Assembly: GCA_964487475.1 (NCBI GenBank)
Contig: CAZAPM010000001.1
Span: forward strand, 12,374-76,373
DNA length: 64,000 bases
Source of the DNA: an uncultured Planctomycetales bacterium
Lineage (GTDB): Bacteria > Omnitrophota > Gorgyraeia > Gygaellales > Profunditerraquicolaceae
Reading direction: 5' to 3'
Below are positions 1-7,842 of the stretch, one piece after another (within the stretch, counting starts at the first letter, position 1; each line of letters begins with the position of its first letter). The translations under genes were made by a program, and so were the position numbers. The notes under the pieces were generated by a model, which saw only the letters and a list, made by a program, of their open reading frames with translations, was not told where the DNA came from and did not search any database.

Positions 1-13
1 TAAGGAGAGTACC

Positions 14-397
14 ATGGCGTGGTTCGGCCTGTTCCGCAAAAAAGAAGCGCCTGTGCAGAAGTCCTTCCAGGAGCGGCGTCTGATACCCCGGTGGCCGGTG
101 AAGGCGTCGGTGCAGGTCCGCGGGGTCGACGGGGGAGCGATATTCGAGTGCGACCTGCTGGACATCAACATGAAAGGATTTGCCGTCTGTTTCAAGGGGA
201 AGTACCCTCCGGAGCTGACCACGGTCACCCTGGTGATCAACGGCCATCATTTCAGCGTCGAGATCACTCCGGTGTGGCACCAGCAGCGCTCCGGGGCGGA
301 TTGCTACGGATTCAAGTTCACCCGTTTACGGGAGGCGGACAGGGAAAGGCTTTATCATATGATGCGGGAGGAGTTCCCCCATGTCTTCAAGCCGTGA
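14..397 (+). CDS. PilZ domain-containing protein (c-di-GMP receptor-like)
   Basis: RRxxxR-like motif (QERRLIPRW) followed by a D-x-S/N-x-x-G-like motif (DINMKGFAV), typical PilZ arrangement. AAGGAG RBS precedes the ATG at 14. Confidence 0.6.
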   Translation: MAWFGLFRKKEAPVQKSFQERRLIPRWPVKASVQVRGVDGGAIFECDLLDINMKGFAVCFKGKYPPELTTVTLVINGHHFSVEITPVWHQQRSGADCYGFKFTRLREADRERLYHMMREEFPHVFKP

Positions 398-416
398 CGG
401 GGCTGCGAATTCCTTT

Positions 417-444
417 GATTTTTTTCTTGCCGGAGTTATAATAC
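417..444 (+). promoter_or_regulatory. sigma70-like promoter (TTGATT-16 bp-TATAAT) upstream of lipoprotein gene
   Basis: -35 TTGATT, 16-bp spacer and a perfect TATAAT -10, then AAGGAGG RBS before the ATG at 470. Confidence 0.4.
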
Positions 445-469
445 AATAACGAAACGAAAGGAGGCAGGT

Positions 470-784
470 ATGAGAATTGCAGCATTGTTGGCAGTAGTGG
501 CGGTGGCAGCGGTCGGGTTGGTGGGGTGTGCGACACCTTATCCGTACGGTGCATTGTACACCGAGATCGGCGCTCCTGCGGCGGTCGGCGACGGCGGAAT
601 GTCCTATTCCAAGGTCGGCGTAGCCGAATCGACTTCAATCCTCGGATTGGTGGCGACGGGTGATGCCAGTATCAAGGCGGCAATGGCCAATGGCGGGATC
701 AATAAGGTCAAATACGTGGATTATAAAGCCAAGAATATCCTTGGCGTGTACGGCACGTATACCACCACGGTGTATGGCGACTAG
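470..784 (+). CDS. small lipoprotein, TRL-like family candidate
   Basis: Signal peptide with lipobox LVGC. Gly/Thr-rich ~100-aa body (GDASIKAAMANGGINKV..YTTTVYG) resembling TRL-like lipoproteins. Confidence 0.5.
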   Translation: MRIAALLAVVAVAAVGLVGCATPYPYGALYTEIGAPAAVGDGGMSYSKVGVAESTSILGLVATGDASIKAAMANGGINKVKYVDYKAKNILGVYGTYTTTVYGD

Positions 785-801
785 CACGTAATGAACAACG
801 G

Positions 802-832
802 GGGGCCAACGGAAACGTTGGCCCCTTTTTTT
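802..832 (+). terminator. rho-independent terminator
   Basis: GGGGCCAACG-GAAA-CGTTGGCCCC perfect 10-bp stem with GAAA tetraloop, followed by TTTTTTT. Confidence 0.75.
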
Positions 833-843
833 CGGAGGTTTTT

Positions 844-2031
844 GTGACGGTCGAAACGATCAGCAGTAAGGTGGTCCCGGGTTCCAGCGGAGCAGGTCCG
901 GCCGCGCATCAGGTCCCGGATTCCATTTCCATCGCCAGCAGTTTCCATGATATCCTGGTGTTCGCCCGCAGCCGCAAGGTCACGGACATCCATATTTCGG
1001 CGAACAACGCGTTGGTCTTTCGCCAGTGCGGGAAACTGGTCCCTCAGGGGGAGGAAAGGTTCGACGAGGCGGGAGTCTGGCGGCTGATCGAGTCGTTCAC
1101 CACGCCCGCGCAGCAGGAGGAGCTCAAATCCCGGGGCGACCTGGAGTTCGTGTATGTGATCGAGGGGTACGGCCGGTTCCGCCTGACCCTGATGAAGAAG
1201 CGCGACAGCTGGGATGTCTCCGTCCGTTTGATCGCGCAGGTACTGCCGGCGTTCGAAGACACCGGAATGCCTGAGTCCTGCCGTAAGCTTACCCATTGGG
1301 CGCAGGGTCTGGTACTGGTGACCGGGCCGTTGGGCTGCGGGAAGACCACGACCATGTCGGTGCTGGCGGAGCTCATCAACCGCAGCGAAAAACTGCATAT
1401 CATCACCATCGAAAACCCCATTGAGGTCGTGTTCACCCCGGCCTCCTGCCAGATCTCGCAGCGCGAGGTGCTCTCGCATACCCTTTCCCAGGAGAACGCG
1501 CTGCGGGCGGCGCTGCGCGAAGACCCGGACGTGATCATTGTCAGCGAGTTGCGGGATTTCAGCGCCATCCAGCTGGCGGTGACCGCGGCGGAAACAGGCC
1601 ATTTGGTGCTGGGCACGATGAACACCAAGGACGTGACCCAGACGATCTTGAGGCTGATCAATTCCTTCCCTCCCGAAGAGCGTTCGATCATGCAGAATAT
1701 GATCTCGGAGTCGCTGCGCGGGGTCATCTGCCAGCAGATGATACCCACCAGTGACGGAAAAGGGGTGGTGCCGGCGTATGAAGTGCTCATCGGAACGCAT
1801 GCGGTCTCCAACATCATCCGCAAGGGGGCGTTCGAACACCTGACCACCGCCCTGGCCACGGGAGATGCGCTGGGGATGATGACCATGGATACTTCTTTGA
1901 TGCGATTGTTCAAAAAAGGCCTGATCTCCTGGGATGAAGCGTACGGCCGCAGCGTGAACAAGCGCGAGTTCGAATCAGTGAAGCCGGATGCATCGGGATC
2001 CGGGGGAAGGGTAGCGCATGCCGAATCTTGA
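844..2031 (+). CDS. pilT: type IV pilus retraction ATPase, PilT family (paralog 1)
   Basis: GTG start after a GGAGG RBS. Walker A GPLGCGKTTT. PilT-type N-terminal SDIHI block and C-terminal GMMTMDTSLMRLFKKGLIS motif. Confidence 0.8.
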   Translation: MTVETISSKVVPGSSGAGPAAHQVPDSISIASSFHDILVFARSRKVTDIHISANNALVFRQCGKLVPQGEERFDEAGVWRLIESFTTPAQQEELKSRGDLEFVYVIEGYGRFRLTLMKKRDSWDVSVRLIAQVLPAFEDTGMPESCRKLTHWAQGLVLVTGPLGCGKTTTMSVLAELINRSEKLHIITIENPIEVVFTPASCQISQREVLSHTLSQENALRAALREDPDVIIVSELRDFSAIQLAVTAAETGHLVLGTMNTKDVTQTILRLINSFPPEERSIMQNMISESLRGVICQQMIPTSDGKGVVPAYEVLIGTHAVSNIIRKGAFEHLTTALATGDALGMMTMDTSLMRLFKKGLISWDEAYGRSVNKREFESVKPDASGSGGRVAHAES

Positions 2032-3103
2032 CGCGCTTCTGGCGGAGGTCGTTTCCCGTAACGGGTCGGATCTGCACCTGGCACAGGGGCAGCGCCCGAA
2101 GATCAGGATCCACGGCAGTCTTTCTCCGGTGGAATCGCACGCGGCGGTGCTCACCCAGGAAAGTTTGGCCCGGGACCTGCCCGAATTGTGCAGCCCTCAG
2201 GTGTGGGAAAAATTCAACCGGACCGGGGACGCGGATTTCGCGTATCAGCTCAAGGACGGTACGCGCTTCCGGTGCAATTTCTTCCGCCACTTTTACGGGT
2301 ACGGCGCGGTATTCCGCATGATCCCTTCCCGTGTCCTGACGTTGGAAGACCTGAAGGTCCCGCAGGTGATCAAACACATCATCCAGGCCAAGGCCGGGAT
2401 GATCCTGGTGACCGGCCCGACCGGCAGCGGCAAGTCCTCCACCCAGGCGGCGATCATCCATTACATCAACCAGAACTGGCATAAGAAGATCGTGACGATC
2501 GAAGAGCCGGTGGAGTTCTTCCATCAGAACCTCAAAAGCCTGGTCGTGCACCGGGAAGTGGGCCTGGATACGCCTACGTTCGCCCAGGGGCTGCGGGGGA
2601 TATTGAAGAGCGACGTGGATATCGTGCTGGTAGGAGAGATGCGCGACCGGGAGACCATCGAACTGGCGCTGACCGCCGCGGAAATGGGGATGCTGGTATT
2701 CGGCACGCTGCACACCAACTCCGCCGCCAAGAGCGTGGACCGTATCATCGACAGTTTCCCTCCCAACAAGAAGAACCAGATCAAGGAAGTCCTGGCGAAT
2801 ACCTTACAGGCGGTGGTCTCGCAGCAACTTCTGGTGAGCAAGACCGGGGATTACCGCGTGGTCGCCTGCGAGATCCTTATCCGTACTTCCGGGATGCCCT
2901 CGATCATCCGTGCCGGAGAGGTGTACAAGCTTAACGACGAGATCGAACGCAACAAGGGGATCGGGATGATCTCGATGGACAGCTCGCTGATGAACCTGAT
3001 CGAAGCCGGGCATATCACCCGGCAGGCGGCGTACATGAAAGCGCTCGACAAGCATCTTTTCGAAGAGGGGAAACAACCCTCGCCCCCCGAAGAATATGCG
3101 TAA
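2018..3103 (+). CDS. pilT: type IV pilus retraction ATPase, PilT/PilU family (paralog 2)
   Basis: Walker A GPTGSGKSST. Further PilT blocks SDLHL.., IVTIEEPVEF and GMISMDSSLMNLIEAGHIT. Overlaps the upstream paralog by 14 nt. Confidence 0.8.
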   Translation: MPNLDALLAEVVSRNGSDLHLAQGQRPKIRIHGSLSPVESHAAVLTQESLARDLPELCSPQVWEKFNRTGDADFAYQLKDGTRFRCNFFRHFYGYGAVFRMIPSRVLTLEDLKVPQVIKHIIQAKAGMILVTGPTGSGKSSTQAAIIHYINQNWHKKIVTIEEPVEFFHQNLKSLVVHREVGLDTPTFAQGLRGILKSDVDIVLVGEMRDRETIELALTAAEMGMLVFGTLHTNSAAKSVDRIIDSFPPNKKNQIKEVLANTLQAVVSQQLLVSKTGDYRVVACEILIRTSGMPSIIRAGEVYKLNDEIERNKGIGMISMDSSLMNLIEAGHITRQAAYMKALDKHLFEEGKQPSPPEEYA

Positions 3104-4238
3104 GGTCACGCAGGCGTCATTTGTGCCTCTTATGGCGCAGGCTGCGGTATCTCCCCGTCTGAGGGTCACCCATACCTTTCATACCGCGGACGCGGATCCT
3201 CTGCAGCGGCTGCTCAATGTCAGTCATCCCGGCACGTATGTGCGGCCGCATTGCCATCCCGATCCCCGCAAGGTCGAGGTCTTCGTGGTGCTCTCCGGCC
3301 GGGCGGCGGTGGTGGAGTTCTCTTCCCGGGGCGCGGTGCGTGATATTGCGGTGCTCGATCCCCGCGAGGGCAGCTATGCGGTTGAGATACTTCCCGGGGT
3401 ATGGCATAATTTTTTCTGCCTGGAGGAGGGTACGGTTTTCTTCGAGGCGAAACCAGGCCCGTATCTTCCCGCAGCCGATAAACGGTTCCCTTCCTGGGCA
3501 CCGGCGGAAGGCACGGCTGCCGGCGTGCGTTACCTGCGTATGCTGCAGCGGAGGGCGGGCATGCCGGAGCACCGTCGTAATGAGATCTCCGGGCTTCAGG
3601 CACGAACGCTCGATGCGCGCGCCAGAGACCTTCTGGGGCTGCCGGCGCTGCTGTTGATGGAGAATGCCGGCCGGGCTCTTGCGGAGACCGCGCTGCGGTA
3701 TCTTCCCTCCGGAAAGAAGGTTGCCGTGGTCTGCGGCCGCGGGAACAACGGCGGGGATGGATTGGCGGCTGCCCGGCATCTTTTTTCCCGGGGGGTTTTG
3801 CCGCAGGTGTTCCTTTGCCGGGATAAGGAGTTGACCCCGGAGGCCAGGGTCAATTTTGATGCCTTGAAAGCTTTGGGTGTTGCCGTGCATTCCCTGGAGA
3901 AGTCGGCGCCCGGCCGGTTGCGCCGGATGCTTTCCTCCGCCTCTGTGATCGTGGATGCGCTTTATGGAGTGGGGCTGAAGGGGGGGATCCGCGGGCAGGG
4001 GCTTAAGGCAGTGGATGCCATCAATCAGGCAAAGGCGACAGTGATCTCCGCGGATGTGCCGTCCGGATATGACGCTTCCGCGGGCAGGCCGTTAGGCCGT
4101 TGCGTCAGGGCGACGGTGACCGTGACTTTCGCCGCCGCAAAAAAAGGGATGCGTTCCGCAGAGGGCCGCCGCTGGTGCGGGCTCCTGGAAGTGGAGCCGC
4201 TGGGTGTTGCCTGGGACGTCATCCGGAACGGACGCTGA
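3096..4238 (+). CDS. fusion protein: N-terminal cupin (WbuC-like) domain + C-terminal YjeF_N NAD(P)H-hydrate epimerase domain
   Basis: The N-terminus carries a cupin signature (PHCH...VFVVLSG...PGVWHNF). The C-terminus carries LLMENAGRA...VVCGRGNNGGDGLAAARHL...DALYGVGL, the hallmark of YjeF_N/Nnr epimerase. It is a single uninterrupted frame. Confidence 0.6.
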   Translation: MRKVTQASFVPLMAQAAVSPRLRVTHTFHTADADPLQRLLNVSHPGTYVRPHCHPDPRKVEVFVVLSGRAAVVEFSSRGAVRDIAVLDPREGSYAVEILPGVWHNFFCLEEGTVFFEAKPGPYLPAADKRFPSWAPAEGTAAGVRYLRMLQRRAGMPEHRRNEISGLQARTLDARARDLLGLPALLLMENAGRALAETALRYLPSGKKVAVVCGRGNNGGDGLAAARHLFSRGVLPQVFLCRDKELTPEARVNFDALKALGVAVHSLEKSAPGRLRRMLSSASVIVDALYGVGLKGGIRGQGLKAVDAINQAKATVISADVPSGYDASAGRPLGRCVRATVTVTFAAAKKGMRSAEGRRWCGLLEVEPLGVAWDVIRNGR

Positions 4239-5395
4239 TGAGGGCGAGCGTTCGGGCGGGGATCCTTTTGGTACTCTGCGTGCTGCTGGCCTGGTTTTTT
4301 CTCGGCACGGCTCTTGGCGCGCTGCTGGTGGTGCGTTCCTTCGCAGAGTGGGGCACCGGGGTGGTTCTGATCTCTCCGGGAGAGGCGAAAGGGAATCTGG
4401 CCGGGGGAGTGGTCTTTACCGGGGTCAAAGCGCTGGTCCGCATACCCGGAGTAGAGGGGTATCGCGCGATCGAGGCGCAGGAGTGTAAGGTCGAGCCTTT
4501 CTCGGTATTCCGTCCATTGCCCAGGATATCGGTCCGCAACGCCAGGGTATTCATTACCGGGATCCAGCCGGTGTATTGCGCGGGGACGTTCCAGGGCGGT
4601 GAATTCCGCGGCACGGTGTTCAGTGATACTCTGGAGCTTGGGGAGATCGCCGGACTTTACGAGCCTTTGCACCGGGAATTCGGTATCCGCGGCACGGTGA
4701 AAGGGCTCGATCTGGAAGTGTATGCCCGCGGCAGTATGTTGCGCATCCGCGGGGTATTCCTGGTGGAGGATGCTTCGTTCAGGAATTTTTCGGTGGTTTC
4801 GGTCCCGTGCACGGTGTCGCTTGAGGGCAGGATGGATGCGGCGCCGCCGCAGTGGAGAGGGGAACTGGCGTACCGGGGCGGCACGCTCCTGGCTGCGAGG
4901 ACCTCTATCGAACTGGTACACGGAGCGGTGATTTTCGACGGCGATATCGGGAAACCTTCCCTGGCGCTCAAAGGATCGGCGGTTGTCGAAGGAGTGAAGA
5001 TCTCCCTGTTCCTGCGGGGCACGCTGGATGCCCCGGAACTGGCGGTATATTCCGATCCAACGTATTCGCGCGAGCACGTGCTACTGATGCTGGTTACGGG
5101 CAAGAGCTGGCAGCAGGCGCCGCGTCCTCCGGGGCAGCCGGGGAGGCAGTTGGACCTGGTCAAGGATTTCGTGGATTATCTGTTCCTGGGAGGCAACGCC
5201 GCAAAACTTACCGAATGGTTCGGGATCAAGGATATTTCCGTGCAGTATGACGGCCAGAGACAGGGGATCGCGGTGCGTAAGGATATCCTTCCCGGTACCG
5301 ATGTCACGGTCGGGGTTTCCCGTTCCGGGTCATCCGTGTCCGCGGAGCAGTCCTCCGAGAATAAGTATGAACTAAAGATCAAAAAACAGTTTTAA
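4238..5395 (+). CDS. membrane-anchored TamB-like (DUF490 C-terminal domain) protein, short form
   Basis: Start trimmed to the ATG that overlaps the upstream stop (ATGA). N-terminal TM helix (GILLVLCVLLAWFFLG). The C-terminal SREHVLLMLVTGKSW block and ...YELKIKKQF end resemble the TamB DUF490 tail. Confidence 0.4.
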   Translation: MRASVRAGILLVLCVLLAWFFLGTALGALLVVRSFAEWGTGVVLISPGEAKGNLAGGVVFTGVKALVRIPGVEGYRAIEAQECKVEPFSVFRPLPRISVRNARVFITGIQPVYCAGTFQGGEFRGTVFSDTLELGEIAGLYEPLHREFGIRGTVKGLDLEVYARGSMLRIRGVFLVEDASFRNFSVVSVPCTVSLEGRMDAAPPQWRGELAYRGGTLLAARTSIELVHGAVIFDGDIGKPSLALKGSAVVEGVKISLFLRGTLDAPELAVYSDPTYSREHVLLMLVTGKSWQQAPRPPGQPGRQLDLVKDFVDYLFLGGNAAKLTEWFGIKDISVQYDGQRQGIAVRKDILPGTDVTVGVSRSGSSVSAEQSSENKYELKIKKQF

Positions 5396-5407
5396 GAGAG
5401 GAGCGCT

Positions 5408-5731
5408 ATGGGTTTTGATGAGCTGAGGAATACCCTTAAAGAAGTGGTCACCGAAACGATCCGCATGGATTGCGATAACCTTTACGAGGCCGTGGTGGCG
5501 AAAGAACATCTGTCGCCGCTTACACAGAGGCTGCAGCGTTTTTTCGGGGCTCCGGCCTGGCCTTCCAAAGTCGCGTTATCCGCCGCGGTACAGGAAGCGA
5601 TCCGTTCCTACGGGGGAGTAATGCCCGGGCAGACGCTGTATTTTTTGCAGCGTGAGGGGAATACCTTCTTCGCCATGCTTTGGCCGTGGCAGGACGGTCA
5701 GCGCACGACCCTCAAGGTGGTGCGGCAATGA
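5408..5731 (+). CDS. hypothetical protein
   Basis: AGAGGAG RBS before the ATG. Coding-like codon usage. No recognisable family. Confidence 0.4.
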   Translation: MGFDELRNTLKEVVTETIRMDCDNLYEAVVAKEHLSPLTQRLQRFFGAPAWPSKVALSAAVQEAIRSYGGVMPGQTLYFLQREGNTFFAMLWPWQDGQRTTLKVVRQ

Positions 5732-6177
5732 AATATTCCTCCGGGTCTGTCGGCAGGGTGTTCGTGGTGAAGTTCGACGACCACGACGTGCTCCTGGACA
5801 GTCTTAAGGCGTTAGCGCGCAAGGAACGTCTCCGTTGCGCCACCTTCCTCTTCATCGGAGCGCTGCGTAAGGGGGTGATGGCCGCGGGTCCCAGGAAGCC
5901 GGTGATCCCTCCTTCGCCCAATATGCGTTCCTTCAAGGACGGTTGGGAAGTGCTGGGAGTGGGTACTCTTTTTCCCGGCAAGGACGGGCCGCAGCTGCAT
6001 GTGCACGGCTCCATGGGCAAGGCCCGCGCGGTGATGACCGGGTGCGTGCGCGGCGCGTCTTCGGTGTTCCTGGTGGTGGAAGCGGTGGTCTTCGAGCTCA
6101 AAGGCGTCAAAGCCCGCAAGGAGATCGATCCTGCCACGGGGCTGAACCTGCTTAAGATCATTTCAGGAGGGGAGTAA
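5728..6177 (+). CDS. PPC/DUF296 domain-containing protein
   Basis: Start trimmed to the ATG overlapping the upstream stop. GRVFVVKFDDHDVLLDSLKAL...LHVHGSMG...VFLVVEAVVFEL matches the PPC (DUF296) fold pattern. Confidence 0.5.
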   Translation: MKYSSGSVGRVFVVKFDDHDVLLDSLKALARKERLRCATFLFIGALRKGVMAAGPRKPVIPPSPNMRSFKDGWEVLGVGTLFPGKDGPQLHVHGSMGKARAVMTGCVRGASSVFLVVEAVVFELKGVKARKEIDPATGLNLLKIISGGE

Positions 6178-6404
6178 TGGATAAGGTGCGTGTGGTATTG
6201 CTTCTGGCGATGGTAGGGCTCCTGGCGGCGTCTTTTGTCCGGCTCGGGGAGATCAGCGTTGCATTGACGCAGTTGCGGCAATCGCAGGCGATACCGGATC
6301 CTTCGATGGGAGCGCTGCAGGCTTCCAACAGGCTTTTAAGCGAGGAGATCGTCGCGCTGCGCCAGCAGCTGGCGGCCCTGGCGGCAAAGTTCGACAGAAA
6401 ATAA
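6177..6404 (+). CDS. small membrane/coiled-coil protein, hypothetical
   Basis: TAATG overlap with the upstream gene. N-terminal TM helix followed by a coiled-coil-like tail. Confidence 0.4.
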   Translation: MDKVRVVLLLAMVGLLAASFVRLGEISVALTQLRQSQAIPDPSMGALQASNRLLSEEIVALRQQLAALAAKFDRK

Positions 6405-6466
6405 ACCCCGGCTGCCCTTGAAAAGGGTCCGTCCGTAGGGTATATTTTTTATGACAAGATTACCTG

Positions 6467-6517
6467 CCACGGAACGAAGGCACTGTGCGGTATGGCCTTT
6501 GGTTCGTGGTTTTTTTT
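6467..6517 (+). terminator. terminator/attenuator-like hairpin plus T8
   Basis: Imperfect 14-bp stem (CCACGGAACGAAGG / CCTTTGGTTCGTGG) followed by TTTTTTTT. It sits between the small gene and the downstream PilZ gene. Confidence 0.4.
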
Positions 6518-6560
6518 GTGACGTTCCTTAGCCCAATGCCACGGGAAAGGAGCAAGCCAG

Positions 6561-6950
6561 ATGCATCTAAGGTACTGCGGCCCCGATCGGAGGCGCTTCC
6601 AGCGTCTTAACGTCAACCTTTCAGTGTTTTTCAAGATCCTTACCCCCTTGGACGTGCGGCAGGCGTACGGGGAAAGGGAGCGCGAAGCTTCGATGCTCGA
6701 TATCTCGGGAGCGGGGTGCGCGCTGATGACTTCGTGCGATATCCCCAGGTTCAGCATCATTTCCCTGCGTTTCTACGTGTTCAAGACCGATTCCCGCGGT
6801 ATGGTGAGCTTTTCCGATCCCGTGGAAGTGGTGGCGGAAGTGCGTTCGGTAGTGCCCTTGGATAACGGGGAGTACCGCATCGGCGTATGCTTCCAGGAGA
6901 TCAAGCAATCCAACCAGACCCTGGTCGAGGAGTTCATTACCGCCAACTGA
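6561..6950 (+). CDS. PilZ domain-containing protein
   Basis: RRRFQR (RxxxR) motif and DISGAGCAL (DxSxxG) motif. Confidence 0.65.
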   Translation: MHLRYCGPDRRRFQRLNVNLSVFFKILTPLDVRQAYGEREREASMLDISGAGCALMTSCDIPRFSIISLRFYVFKTDSRGMVSFSDPVEVVAEVRSVVPLDNGEYRIGVCFQEIKQSNQTLVEEFITAN

Positions 6951-6970
6951 TCCGCCCTAAAAACAAAAAA

Positions 6971-6988
6971 CCCCGAACATGTTCGGGG
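6971..6988. terminator. palindromic hairpin flanked by an A-run and T-rich tail (possible bidirectional terminator)
   Basis: CCCCGAACATGTTCGGGG perfect palindrome, preceded by AAACAAAAAA and followed by TAATTTGT. Confidence 0.4.
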
Positions 6989-7129
6989 TAATTTGTAGGT
7001 GATAGGCCTGGAAGCTCTCGCTATCCCTCAGCAACCTCCTGTTGTCGGTCACGTATCACTATCACTCACGCCTTCTTATCAAAATATGCCATACGGCGGT
7101 ACGCTTTTCAAGGGCTGCCGGAAAAATAT

Positions 7130-7160
7130 TGCAGCCGGTATTTGGGCGTGGTATGATATC
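7130..7160 (+). promoter_or_regulatory. sigma70 promoter with extended -10 (TTGCAG-17-TGgTATGAT) for rubrerythrin
   Basis: TTGCAG -35, 17-bp spacer and a TG-extended -10 TATGAT, about 35 nt upstream of the AAGGAGG RBS and ATG. Approximate coordinates. Confidence 0.45.
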
Positions 7161-7193
7161 TTCCTCGTTGAGGATCGAACATAAGGAGGGCAT

Positions 7194-7775
7194 ATGACCG
7201 TTAAATCGCTGAAGGGGTCCCGGACCGAAAAGAATCTGCTGGCTGCGTTCGCCGGGGAATCGCAGGCCCGTAACCGTTACACCTATTTTGCCAGCGCCGC
7301 CCGCAAGGAGGGGTTTGAGCAGATCGCAAATATTTTCACCGAGACCGCGGAGAACGAGAAGGAGCATGCCAAGATATTCTTCAAGCATCTGGAGGGCGGG
7401 GAGGTGGAGATCACGGCCATGTATCCCGCGGGGATGATCAAGGACACCTGTTCCAACCTCGAGGCGGCTGCCGCAGGGGAGAAACTCGAGTGGACCTCGC
7501 TTTACCAGGATTTCGCCAAGATCGCCAAAGAGGAAGGGTTTGCCGACGTGGCCCGTTCCTTCGAGCAGGTGGCCAAGGTGGAGAAATTCCACGAGGCCCG
7601 TTACCGCAAGCTTATCGAGAACGTATCCGGCGCGAAGGTGTTCCGGAAACCCGGCGCGGTCAAATGGCATTGTATTAACTGCGGGTATGTCAGCGAAGGG
7701 GCGGATGCGCCCGCCGCGTGCCCCGCCTGCAAGCACCCGCAGTCCTTCTTCGAGGTGTTGGCGGAGAATTTCTAA
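7194..7775 (+). CDS. rbr: rubrerythrin
   Basis: Ferritin-like di-iron domain (EKNLLAAFAGESQARNRYTYFA...ENEKEHAKIFF...EARY) plus a C-terminal rubredoxin-like CINCGY...CPACKHP. Confidence 0.9.
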   Translation: MTVKSLKGSRTEKNLLAAFAGESQARNRYTYFASAARKEGFEQIANIFTETAENEKEHAKIFFKHLEGGEVEITAMYPAGMIKDTCSNLEAAAAGEKLEWTSLYQDFAKIAKEEGFADVARSFEQVAKVEKFHEARYRKLIENVSGAKVFRKPGAVKWHCINCGYVSEGADAPAACPACKHPQSFFEVLAENF

Positions 7776-7795
7776 AGAACGGATGAGGATACGGC

Positions 7796-7840
7796 AAGGC
7801 TAAGGCAGCCGCAGCTGCGGCGCCTTAGCCTTTTCTTTTA
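7796..7840 (+). terminator. rho-independent terminator
   Basis: Long GC-rich hairpin AAGGCTAAGGCAGCCGCAG/CTGCGGCGCCTTAGCCTT with a 1-nt bulge, followed by TTTTCTTTT. Confidence 0.7.
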
Positions 7841-7842
7841 CC

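Noticed and set aside
19-441. Alternative-frame + strand ORFs, for example 19..441, 1026..1274, 3217..3657 and 4204..4488.
   Set aside because: They overlap supported genes in another frame and have Arg/Gly/Pro-rich composition without motifs.
781-1839. 352-aa minus-strand ORF antisense to pilT. The same pattern holds for 1044..2084, 1910..2713 and 3117..3890.
   Set aside because: Arg/Pro/Gly/His-rich low-complexity translation is typical of the antisense frame of GC-rich coding DNA. The + strand encodes a complete, motif-rich PilT.
3096-4238. Possibility that cupin::YjeF_N is two genes joined by a frameshift error.
   Set aside because: The frame is continuous with no internal stop or obvious internal RBS/start at the domain junction. 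This is kept as a caveat in the finding rather than called a pseudogene.
7194-7775. Apparent 1-nt offset between my hand-indexing of the printed rbr region and the ORF-track coordinates, which might hint at a frameshift.
   Set aside because: The track shows an uninterrupted 193-aa rubrerythrin ORF. The offset is most likely my own character-counting error. I therefore follow the track for CDS coordinates and flag small-element coordinates as approximate.
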